From assembly GCA_965112155.1 (NCBI GenBank), contig OZ218102.1: a stretch of DNA of 64,000 nucleotides; one strand, given 5' to 3'. The stretch's first letter is position 1. The number at the start of each line of letters is the position of its first letter. The notes below the pieces were generated by a model, which saw only the letters and a list, made by a program, of their open reading frames with translations, did no database searches and was not told the DNA's origin. The stretch comes from Podarcis liolepis (taxonomy: Eukaryota). Position numbers and translations under genes: made by a program. Shown one piece after another: positions 52,875 through 64,000 of the stretch.

Positions 52875-52986
52875 GGAGCTCTGTCATTATTCAGTCCATT
52901 CTGTCTTTGATGGTTAATTGGGGGCAGAACAGGCTTGCTGTTAATCTCAAGTCCCCTTCGCAGAGTCTCCCGGATTTGCTCTGTAT
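52875..52986 (-). CDS. SUFU: SUFU coding exon 8 (112 nt)
   Basis: tttcag acceptor, gtaagt donor; (D)TEQIRETLRRGLEINSKPVLPPINHQRQNGLNNDRA(P). Confidence 0.97.
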
Positions 52987-53887
52987 CTGAAACGATAGTT
53001 TAAAAACTGAGTCAGGTTTAGTTCAGATGATCCTCCAGAGCATGGACCAGAAGATTAGAAACAAACTTCACACACTTCCCCACTCATATGGCTTCCTTCC
53101 TTTCCTGCACTAAGACAAACTATTACTGGCTGATTTGGAAGCCGCCGAGTGGCTGGGCAACCCAGTCAGGTGTGTGTGTATGTTTGTGTAAATTTACTGT
53201 TGTTGTTGTTATTCATGGTGCTTACCCTCCAAACCACAATCAGAAGCTATAGAAGTAGAAGTAATTTTGTTTGTTTTAAAAGAGTAGTTGCGGGGTGGGG
53301 GGGGAGATGAAACACCACAGAACCGACACTAACTGCTGAGCAGCACACAGAGTACAAAGTGATTCAGGTTTGCTATAAATAAATGAGCAAAAATTGAGAG
53401 GGTTGGGAGAGCTAAACCTTGAGTTTTGGGCTTTGAATTTAACTTGATATAACAAAAAAATCAAGTTCCATACGAAGCAACTTTGCTCATGAAATAATCA
53501 TATTAAATTTAATGAAGCACAGCAAATATCTGGTTTCCTGTTTTAATACATAACTTGATGCAATACAGCCTCCCAATTTCATACTTTTAGCCATGCCTTC
53601 TACCACTTTTAAAAATACCTGTGATTATCAAGTATGCGACTTGTAAACAGAATTTTAAAAAATAGGGAACTATCTTCTTATAATAGTCCAAAAAGATTAT
53701 ATTTTTTTGTATGCTGACATGGGATGAAAACAAAAGATCAAGATTGTAATGGAGGAATATTGCAAGTATTTCAAGTTGTAAACAAAATTGTACCTATTTA
53801 GAAACACAACAGTATGAGAACTCCATCCAACTTAGCTGTGATGCCGAAAAAACAACCTTCTGAGTGGCTTTCCCGGTTCCCTCTTAC

Positions 53888-54041
53888 CTTTCCCAGACAA
53901 TCGTCGGGGATGTGTGCCAATGCAGATACTTCTACTGTCTTCGTCATCCTCTGGCGGCCGGCTAAGATCATCCCAGGCACACTTAGCACTGACACCACTC
54001 AGGTTCGAACCGTCTGTCTCAATCCCTTTATCAACTCTGTC
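53888..54041 (-). CDS. SUFU: SUFU coding exon 7 (154 nt)
   Basis: aagcag acceptor, gtaaga donor; DRVDKGIETDGSNLSGVSAKCAWDDLSRPPEDDEDSRSICIGTHPRRLSGK, inside ORF 53832..54101. Confidence 0.98.
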
Positions 54042-54824
54042 CTGCTTAAAAAACATCCAAAACAGCCAAGTCTTTTGAAGCCAAAATCTCACCTGTGCCA
54101 CTACAGGAACTACAACCTCATGGAGTATGTTTTCCTAGATTGTGGATCACCAACACAGAGCCTGTGGATGCCCGCAAATCTTCAAACTCCTGCCTTGTCA
54201 TCCCACCCCCCCACCCCGGCTCCTTGAAATTAGGCTTCAAAGCAGCCTTCTGGTGAAAACAAAGGAAAAAAGATTCCACTACCCTTGACAAAAATGCAAC
54301 TTAACAGAGTTAAGGGGGAAACATTCAATTCTAAACTGTATAAAAATAGATTTTTAATATTCCATAAGATAAAATGAACAGTATAAATGAATATAAATAC
54401 AAGCACTTCTTTTTCACTTACAAGCCACTGCCAATTAAAAACAAGGGCTTCTAAAAACAAAACAGCCAGACACATTTCAACACTGAGTCTTTTTCTGTGG
54501 CTCAGTCATTATTATCTAAGAGAAAGGTAAGTAGAAATCGTTATAGCCAAAATCCCAGACAGGCAAAACATTATTTCAGAAACAAAAATATAGTTCAATT
54601 ACTCACCCTTTTGCCTCATTAAAAAAACTTTTTAAACTGGAATGATAACCTAAGTGTCCATACATTTCTACAAATCAATGAATTCCACTGAAGACATATA
54701 AACACATTTCAAATATCAATGCAAAGCCATTCTGGAATATTAAAATATGGAATATTAAAACTCTATATTTATACAACTTATAATGAAAAGCCTTCTAGTG
54801 TGGCCATTAGAAGACTTTTTCCAA

Positions 54825-55122
54825 GGCTAATTACAGCAGGGGAGGGCGACTTTGAGGGTCACAGCTGGGGAGGAAAGGGTTAATCCTCTTCTTTGGAGTG
54901 AACCTCACCCTGAAACCACCCCCCTCACCACAATTAAGATTCAAGGAAGCCTTCTATTGGCTATAATTGAAGGCTTCTTTGAAGTCTAATTCCAAAGGAG
55001 GGGCAAAGTCTGAAGTTGTCACTGCTGGAGAAGGGAAGGATTACTCTTTCCTTCCCCACCCCCATCCAAGCAGCTGTGACCTCCCCACCAAAAAATCCAC
55101 ACACTCCCCACTGTAATTAGGC
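54825..55122. mobile_element. Old palindromic MITE, superfamily uncertain
   Basis: CTAATTACAG..GGGGAG and CTCCCC..CTGTAATTAG ends; internal GGTCACAGCTG/CAGCTGTGACC inverted match. Confidence 0.6.
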
Positions 55123-56653
55123 TTTAAAGTAGCTTTCTACCATAACATGTCCCTCTGTCCCCCAATGTAATTTATGGGGTGGAGAAAACTGTGTGTGTGA
55201 TCTCCTAGCTGAGGAGCCACAGTTAACTCTTACCTCCCCAGCTGCACTCTCCAGGAATATCACAGACTGAAACACTCCCCCCCCCCAAACTAATTGCAGG
55301 GGGGAGATGGGATCGTGTATGCCTCTGTATGGTTGCCATGTGAGCACTTGGTGGTGTGTGTTTGGAACCCAAGGTAGAGTCTCCAGTTTGCAAATGGAAA
55401 ATTGGAGATCCCCATTCTGCGTTTTATTGGCAGTCAGCACTTGAGAAATGAAGGGCTTTTATACTGTCCCACATTGCACTAAAGGAAAGGAAATGTGAGC
55501 CACAACTTCCAATTCATCAAAACTAAATTTTGCAAAAAGTTGTTACATCAAGAATAGGTTTCAATGAATCCTCAATACACCCTCCCGACACACGTCACTT
55601 GTGATTATCAAATTTCCCCCTTTGAACAGTGCCTGACTGTCGAAGAATCAACCTCATAGTGATTCTACAAGCTTAAATCTGAATGAAAAGTTCTGAACAT
55701 GGTCTGAACATTGCATTACATGCAAACCAGAAATTCAAAATGTAGACAGAGCAACTTAGGAAAATTACTTGTGTCAGCTTCTAAAATTCACCACCAGATG
55801 ATGCTGTTAAGCTAAATATCGCAGTGAGGGGAGCCTTACAAGGAGAAGCAACTGCAGCAGTTTAATGTAAAAGCCAAGGAGAAAATATTTATTCAAATTT
55901 TCTTTTCACATGCAAACATATACACTCAACTCTAATGGAACTACATTTAAGAAACTTATTTCTCTGCTGCACTAATCAAATATGCTTAGCTCTTTGGCAT
56001 GGTGAAAGAAAATTTCACTCTGGCCTATCAGACTCACACATACAGTGTTTCGCCATTTTTAATGCCAGATTTGGAAAGATAAGCTTCTCCTACTATAGCA
56101 ACAAAATTCTGTATTAAATGTATTTATGAACAGTTTGACATAGTGCTTTATTAAGAGCTGTACAGAGGTAATTGCTTTTCAGCTTTTTGTACTGTATGGT
56201 TGCTGTGTTGTTCAATATTATCTGAAGAGAATCAGAGTATGCTGTGTTGGTTATTAACCCTACTCTGTCATTGTCGGAATTGCATGTAGTAAGTGACTTC
56301 CCACCCTCTCCAAAGCGCACGTGCACTAGAAAACAGACAAGGCAGGGAAAATAGAGGTTCAGTAGGGTAGGAGTCTGAGCTGCTTGTGGCCCTGTTGCCC
56401 AAAATTAAGCTGTTGAAATGTGTTCAGGGGCACTCAGTGAAGCCAAACACACTTTGATCAGGCAATCAGTGGTCTACAACCACTGCCTCTAGGAAATGGT
56501 ATTCCAAAGATACTCAGGTTGAGTCCCAGCAGCTTCTGACAGTGATCAACAAGTCTATCCTGAGCACATTCAGTTACCAGAAGGTAGCTGTTCCTCATGA
56601 CTAAGAAAGCAATGCCCTGCTGTCATCTAGGACCAGACTGAGTAGTTACATAC

Positions 56654-56726
56654 TTGCAGGTGTGGATCTATTTCAAATATGGTCTCTCCACGTCGCATGT
56701 CTGTTATCAACCATGGGCCTCCTGCT
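56654..56726 (-). CDS. SUFU: SUFU coding exon 6 (73 nt)
   Basis: tttatag acceptor, gtatgt donor; AGGPWLITDMRRGETIFEIDPHLQ; phase agrees with exon 5. Confidence 0.97.
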
Positions 56727-58073
56727 CTATAAACAAAATAAAAAAAAAAGAAAAAATAAGTGACTGTACTACCATTGCTCCAATGCTAGGTCCCCAATGA
56801 TTTTAGTGCAAATGCAATAAGGGACAGAAAGGAGGGATAAATTTGGGGTTCTGGATGAATAATTAGCACTTCTACCTGTCCATTTTAGATGTTGGATTAT
56901 TGTTAAGCCTCTAATTCAACTATAGAAAATGGACAATTTAACTACAGGATGGTAATCTGTACTGTTTTCCCATTTATCACAGCAAGAGGGTAAAAATGGT
57001 TGTAACATCAAAGAGAGACAGGGATCTTCATAGACTGGACTTACCCTTCCTGCATATAAATGGCCCCTCAATTCAAAAGCACAGAACAATTAGCAAAAAG
57101 ATTATTCAAGTCCAAAGATAAAAGTACAGGATTGGAAAGAACCTCAAAAGTCATGTAATCCTTGTACTGTCAGCATTCTCTAGAATTAAACTGTACAAGA
57201 CAGATGACAAACCAGTTTTCTTCAGATAATACTCATATTGAGCTGCTTTGTTCCACAGCTTTTGTTCCTAGAAGTGGAAATTCTATAATTCATGTTTAAG
57301 GGTGGAGGGCTTGTATTAAATAAGAGCCTGAGCACTTGAATACTTTTTTAGGGCAAAAGGTTAAAAATTGATAATGGAATTTTAAATACAGAAAAAGCAA
57401 ATGGTCAAATATGCATTTCTAGATTAATTTAATTTCTAAAATAAAAGATATTCGAACATTCCCAAGCAGAGGTGGAGAACCTCATATGTGGGCCCCAAAT
57501 GCAGATCTTCGGGTTTCTGCATCTGGCCCTCAGGAGCTCCCAACTAGGTCATGTGTCTCAGTGTCATAACCCCACCAGTTCTGCTCCACACAAACCTTAA
57601 GGGCTTTTGCCTGGATGGAAAGTATCCTTAAACTGTGCTAATGCATCTTACTTGGCCTGGATGGAAGTGGGAGAGATGTGGGTGGGTGGGACAGTGAAGA
57701 AACCTCTTAACTTTGATGTGGATGGAATGTATCTCACAAAATGTAGAGAGGTATTCTCTGTCCACCCATGCCTCTTACCCTGCCCACTTTTGTCTCCAGA
57801 ACGCACCCCCACATCCAAAGTTTTCGATGAGGGGTGTAGCTACTGGTCTGAAAAAGCTTCCACAAACTTTGAGCAAAAAGACTGAAAAATTCAAATTGAG
57901 CTTTGACATCAGAATAAACCATGTCAATGTATATGCAGATATCCCAAACTACATAATTTATTCCAGGTGTAGAATTTATAAGCTTTTATGATTGCATTCA
58001 TCTTTAGCAGGCAATATTTCTTTAAAGAATATTTATAATACTGTTTTTAGTCAGCTGGCAATGCTGTACTTAC

Positions 58074-58159
58074 ACAGGAACAGTGCGAAGCAGTTCCAAT
58101 ATACCCTGTCCATTCCACTGCTGTGCTGCATGAAGCTCCTCTGTACAGACGCCAACAAT
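58074..58159 (-). CDS. SUFU: SUFU coding exon 5 (86 nt)
   Basis: ttccag acceptor, gtaagt donor; IVGVCTEELHAAQQWNGQGILELLRTVP(V). Confidence 0.97.
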
Positions 58160-58329
58160 CTGGAAAAGGGGTTAGAGGTACACACTTGTAACATATATTA
58201 GGATCGGATTCTACATTGGAGTACCACATCCAAGGCTTGAGACTCTGGTTATACACTCTTTTTTGAGAAATCCCTTCTCCATCACGTTTCATTCTAGATT
58301 TCATTTAGCATGAACTAGATTTACCATGA

Positions 58330-58680
58330 GGGACGCATGTGGTGCTGTGAGTTAAACCACAGAGCCTAGGATTAGCCTATCAGAAGGTCGGCGGTTTGAA
58401 TCCCCGTGACAGGGTGAGCTTCCGTTGCTCGGTCCCAGCTCCTGCCAACATAGCAGTTCAAAAGTGCAAGTAGATAAATAGGGACCAATCCGGCAGGAAG
58501 GTAAACGGCATTCCGTGTGCTGCTCTGGTTCACCAGAAGCGGCTTAGTCATGCTGGTCACATGACCCAAAAGCTGTCTGCGGACAAACGCCGGCTCCCTT
58601 GGCCTATAGAGCGAGATGAGCACGCAACCCCAGAATCGGTCACGACTGGACCTAATGGTCAGGGGTCCCTTTACCTTTAC
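58330..58680 (+). mobile_element. Sauria SINE, full length
   Basis: GGGACGC head, TGCAAGTAGATAAATAGG core, CCTTTACCTTTAC tail; 15-bp target duplication CTAGATTTAC(C/T)ATGA. Confidence 0.93.
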
Positions 58681-58697
58681 CTAGATTTACTATGAAG

Positions 58698-58845
58698 GAT
58701 ATCACAGTTGGTAGAGCATGAGACTCTTAATCTCAGAATCATGGGTTTGAGCTGCATGTTGGACGTAAGATTCCTGCACTGCAGGAGGTTGGACTAGGTG
58801 ATCCTCATATTCCCTTCCAACTCTACAATTCTGTGATTCTGTGAT
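58698..58845 (+). mobile_element. tRNA-derived SINE with CR1-like 3' tail
   Basis: tRNA-Lys-like head CAGTTGGTAGAGCATGAGACTCTTAATCTCAG; tail GGTTGGACTAG..CCCTTCCAACTCTACAATTCTGTGATTCTGTGA. Confidence 0.8.
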
Positions 58846-59330
58846 CCCTGATTGGGCATTTTATGATAAGTGCTAATTCCATAATATGGATTTGTACCTG
58901 GGGCGGTTAGATTAGTATTGACCATAGCTTTTCTGATTCAAATATCATGTCAAACTATAGTCAAAAGAAACCCAGAAATGGAGAAGGAAAAGGAAATATG
59001 TCAGCCCATGGCACATTCTCAGTCTTCCTGTCAGAACTTAGCAAGATGACTAATAAGGACAAGGGCATGGCTATACAAATCCTTTACATTTGTTTTCACA
59101 TGTTGAGCTCCTCAACAGAACCATGGAGATGAAGCAACAACCTTGCATCTGCAAAGCCTAGATCTTTTCTGGAATAATACACACAGCCAACTGTATATGG
59201 AGTGATCTGTTCATTGGCATAGTGGAAGCCAATACATCATTCTGAGGTTAAACAAGTTTGCTACCATTGCAACATACCAAGCTATGCCAGATCAGTAAAT
59301 ATCACCAGCTGCCTCGGAAATCAAGACACG

Positions 59331-59352
59331 CACACACACACACACACACACA
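59331..59352 (+). repeat. (CA)n microsatellite
   Basis: About 11 CA units. Confidence 0.9.
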
Positions 59353-59758
59353 AAAACTTTAAACACACAATAATTGCTAAGTTAACTACAATACTTCAAT
59401 ACCAGTTGGAATATACTTTGTTTTGTATGTAAAAAATAGATATTGCAGACTGTATCATGGTAGAGTTTTCCCGCTGCCCTGTTAAGGCCTATGAATAAGC
59501 AACTGTAGTAGTAATATTTTGCAAAAAGTCAGGGATAGCGATTCTCTCAGCTATACTCTGTTTAAACCCAGATTTATGTATTTGCAGTCCTTCACTTTTC
59601 CGCTGCTATTAATACTCTCAGAATACTTACAAAACCTCCTAGTAACTGATATATTAAGCTTAGGTATAAGATGGACACCAACATTAAACTCTAAAGCTGG
59701 AAAGTATTTCAACTAAGATTGTTGGTGTATTAAAAAGATACTATGTACATAAGGAATA

Positions 59759-59982
59759 CAGTGGTACTTTGGTTTATGAACTTAATCCGTTCCAGAAGTC
59801 CGTTCTTAAACCATGGTGTGCTTTCCCATAGCAGCGGGGGACTCAATTTACAAATGGAACACACTCAACAGGAAGCGGAACATGTTCTGCTTCCAAGGCA
59901 AAGTTCACAAACTTCCGGGTTTGCAGTGTTCTTAATCCAAGTTGTTCATAAACTAAGCTGTTCTTAAACCAAGGTACCACTG
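59759..59982. mobile_element. Tigger/pogo-type MITE
   Basis: TA-CAGTGGTACTTTGGTTTATGAAC ... GTTCTTAAACCAAGGTACCACTG-TA. Confidence 0.9.
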
Positions 59983-60846
59983 TACCTCGTTTACTGTACA
60001 ATGTACTGTACACTGTACTATTTACACTGGGGTCCTAAGCTGCCTGGTGACAGTTTCTGTTCCTGACACTAGCCTTTAAGCAGCTTTTACCTCAGGCCAA
60101 ATTCTCTGAACCTCCACCCCAGTCAATTACCCCCACAACCCAGTCCAGTTACCGGGGACAATCAGCCTCTGTACCCCAAAGCTCCTCTTGCTGTACTTCT
60201 GGCTGCCTGAACAGTTTAGCTAACTTAAAAAACCCAGATGTGTGACCTTCCTCTGGTAAGACCTTACACAGGGTAGCCTCTCAGACCAACTCAGCCACCG
60301 GCTCTCTACTCCTGATCTTCACCAGACAAGTGTTCTTATCACAGTGGGAATTAATATTCAGGCCTCAACTTTTCCCTCAGCTTATATTGGAGGTTTCCTG
60401 AACAATAGCACATCACCTGAACCATTTCTCCATGCTTCTTAAGGCAAGGGCTAGCACACCATAAGAAAGCCCCTGGAAATCAGAATCCAAGAATATGCAT
60501 TCCATGAATGAAAGCACTCCATCCAATTAAGTTGACAAGAACATGAAAATATGCAGAATTTACTCAGGGTACTGGAAAGCTTTTCACAGCTGAAAAGGCT
60601 CAGTATCCTATTAGATATACATAGCAATAAAAAAACCTGACATTTGAAAAAATTATTAAAGTGACATGAAATATTAATATAATGGATGATGGATAAGATA
60701 TAGTTTTGCCTTCACCCATGCCAAACCTGCACCTGCTTTTAAGTACCCCATAGTTACCACAATCTCATTTCAAAGAAAACTCAATTGTTCATTTCAGTTA
60801 TTAGCTCCTTAAATGAATACCCAGAATATTGATTCTGTTACCATAC

Positions 60847-60989
60847 CTGAAGAAAAGTCACCACCCCAAATGGTGTTTGAACTGGCTGCATTTGGGGATC
60901 TTCAGTCAGCAGCATATGTTGGATCCTCGACTCACTGTTGTCTAACGGACTATGCCACGATACATGATCACCACTACAAAATGTATTTT
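60847..60989 (-). CDS. SUFU: SUFU coding exon 4 (143 nt)
   Basis: AG/GT-bounded; translates (E)NTFCSGDHVSWHSPLDNSESRIQHMLLTEDPQMQPVQTPFGVVTFLQ, matching vertebrate SUFU. Exon numbering follows the human gene as recalled. Confidence 0.97.
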
Positions 60990-63900
60990 CTGGTGGGGAA
61001 AGAGAAATATGAGCAATGAATACATATTTCTAGCTGCTTTTTTAAAAAAAGACGCCTGCACAAAAAGCCTTAACAACACCGAGGAAACATCCTCACAAAA
61101 CAAGATATATAATTTTTCCTATTACTGTTACCCATCTTAAGTGGTGATATAGTACAAAAAACAAAAAAAGGAGAGAGACTGCTTGATAAAGCTATGCTGA
61201 TATTTGGTGCATCAACTTGTTAATACCAACATTATAGAAAGGCGAGTAGCTCTTGCCTATGTACAGGGAATCTGTATGTTGGGGTTCATGTAAGATGAGT
61301 GGTTAATGTACACAACAACCTGCGATTGTGCACATGCACCAAACCAGACCCCACTGCCATCACATGGTTGCATTAGGCCTGAATCTGGCTCCAGACTGCC
61401 ATGGAGATTTGCCTCCCCCATCTCACCTAATGATCCACATGAGCCACGGGGACTGACTGTGGCCCCAGTTCTATATTAAGCAGTATGTAGTATATTCTTC
61501 TAATTTAACATGTGAATCGCAGCTCCACTCAATCAGCTGAATTATGCATTTTAGTTATTTCAAGTCAACTGTAGTCTGGACTACATATGGATAATGTGCA
61601 CTGGCCTCACAAACATAATGTAGTGCTTGGTAACAGGAGGTTTGAAAGCATGGAGAAGAACAGCAAACTACAACACAGCTTTTTTTGTTGGCTCTGTCTT
61701 CTAGATGCAAGGGCTCTTGGAATTTGGTTGGAGAATGGGGTTCCAGGTGAACCACAGCTGTTGAAATGCTGGTTTAACACCCATTTCATAAACGATCAGC
61801 TTCCCCACTCAATTTGATTTTTGTATTTAAACTGCTCAACATTAGCTGTGAAGTCGAGTGGGAGAAAGAGGTTAGAATCTACTTTCTCAGGAGAAAATCT
61901 TTAAATACCAGCTGCAGCAAATCCACTGAAATGCTATCATGAAAACCAGTCTTATAGCCTGTTTGAAGTTGCTTTCCCATTTGGGCAATAGAAGAGGTGA
62001 CAAGTACATGATCTGCACTATTTTCTTCCTGCTATGGAGAGATACCATATGATGATGAAGTCTGAAAGATTATTTAAGTAAGGAACTGATCATCTTCTTT
62101 CTTCTTGCCAGATCGTAAATGGTCACAGTGAGAGTCAGGATAGCAGATAGAGCTTTCTAAATCAGACAACACTTCAGGAATGAAGGTAAGGTGGAGCTCA
62201 TCGCATTAACACATTATAGCTTGCTTGGTTCAGACATCTGGTATTCCTAATCTTATACTCCTCATACACACAAAATGTGCATGGTGCACTTCAGTTGCTC
62301 CCACTCAGTGGCATGATGTAATATGCATCAAGACTAGCATTCCTCTATTATCATATAAACTGATCTGCGGGAAGTGTTTGTTTATGGATGATCCTTCTTC
62401 TCAATAGGACTAAAATTGTAACATTCACACCTTGAATTAATAACCATGCCCTTCTGCAATGATACTAATCTTCTTTTCATTCTAGCACCTTTTATCAGTA
62501 GATTAAAAGGAGACCCACCATACCAAGATGCTCTTTAGAAAATTCTCATGATCATGACAAAATGAATGAGCTTTGAATAGAAACATTCCCAGTCTAGAAT
62601 GCCTATGTATATTTCATGGAGAGCTCCCTTGACGTGAAATTCTTCCTCTTGTTTGAAATGTAAACCAAGATTATTTCAAGTTTATATATTGACTATGAAC
62701 CTGTGACATCTAGATTCATCATACTAACTAGGCTCTAGGCTTACATAGTCTATGAGATATCAGTTGGCCAGGAAAGCTCATTAGCTCACCAACCTTCCCT
62801 GCACTACAAATTCCCAAGGCAGTGCAAAAATGCACATAAATCCCAGAAAGGAGGTTTACAAATGCAAAACAAGACAGCAAGAACTCTTTAAAAAAGCAGA
62901 GGGTTTAAAAAAAAATGTGTTCTGCAATTGATGCTTGTAATTGCATTTCTGAAGTTCACACATCACTACTGATGTTGTTCAGTACAAATGAACACATCTT
63001 GGATGGATCTATCATTTCAGCAAGCATTAATGAATTGCTGACCAGAAAAGTTTCAGACAAATTCTGTTCAGTTGACAGGTTGCAAGACTGAATCTACTTA
63101 GCCTCTTGTGGTAACTCTGATCATCCACCAGATGTCCTCACTGTTAATTTAGGTATAAATTTAGTTCTACATTTTTTAAAAAAGCTGAATTTTGACTTTT
63201 TACTTAAAAAAACAACCACCAAGCTACCCAGGATTCCCAACCTTGACTATAAAAGTCTGAATTGAGGTTTAAAATGTATTCAAAATTTAAGACACCTTAA
63301 ACCAAAATTGTGACAGTTTGCTCAATATCAACATTATCCTGATGATGGAAATACAACTGTAGAGTATGGGGAGCACCCAGATTCTGAGCACAGAGAAGAT
63401 TTTACAACATTACAGTTTAGATAAACAAAAGAGTCACACATAAGCAGAAAGTAAGGCCACACTAAAACCCACAAAGGCAGTGACATTTATTTCAACTGCA
63501 CTGTAGCCCATAAGAGTAAGGAGAAAATAATGAGCAAAATAGTTAAGTAGATTTTCAAGTCTACTTAAGATATACATAGGATTGGATCAGAAAATGCCTT
63601 CACCCCAATGGAAACCCTTTGCAGTTTCCCAGAACAGCCTTATTGTATTATCACCAAGCTACAATTTGGCCAAAGGGTTGGGTGTGGGGAACATAAGTGC
63701 TGACATGAGTATAAAGGAAATGCCTCTCCATTAACTGGCAGATAAGGAAAAGTATCAGATAAGAATTGCTTAACACTAAATATGATAAACCGTTCAGTTT
63801 ATCACCAGTTGCATAGTGTGAAAAAAAGAACTTACTGGTTGTTTAAAAGCCAGTGTAAAATGGACTCCATATGCATTTAAAGACTTTAGTGAAAGAACTA

Positions 63901-64000
63901 GAAGTAGTTGTTCTACAGCATTAAATAAACTTAACAGTCCAACTTAAATTTCAATTCCTAATACTTCCCAGGTCAGATGGATCATCCAAGATTCTGCTGA

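Noticed and set aside
1-64000. The remaining short ORFs in the six-frame track
   Set aside because: 60-150 aa, often with non-ATG starts and no recognisable domains; expected by chance, or overlapping exons and repeats already described.

Overview
Vertebrate genomic DNA, almost certainly from a squamate and probably a lacertid lizard (it carries Sauria SINEs with a GGGACGC head). The minus strand holds coding exons 4-12 of SUFU (Suppressor of fused) at 60989->21946; exons 1-3 lie beyond the right edge. A long 3' UTR probably runs to about 15.3 kb. The rest is intron or intergenic DNA with many reptile repeats: Sauria and other tRNA-derived SINEs, L2, L1, RTE and Penelope fragments, and hAT, Tigger and Tc2-type MITEs. 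The main observation is an intronless, frameshifted FKBP3 (FKBP25) copy with no poly(A) tail sitting between the two arms of a Tc2-type Tc1/mariner MITE (5535-6528). An empty 157-bp copy of the same MITE family lies at 42580-42736, and a related family also shows an empty and a filled copy. This looks like DNA-transposon capture of spliced-mRNA-derived cargo. Other leads: exon-like minus-strand segments between 2 and 14 kb that may be an unidentified decayed gene with a repeated domain, a 1.66-kb structure with about 225-bp inverted ends, and a Penelope remnant with a degenerate hammerhead ribozyme. Family names come from recalled motifs, not from database searches.
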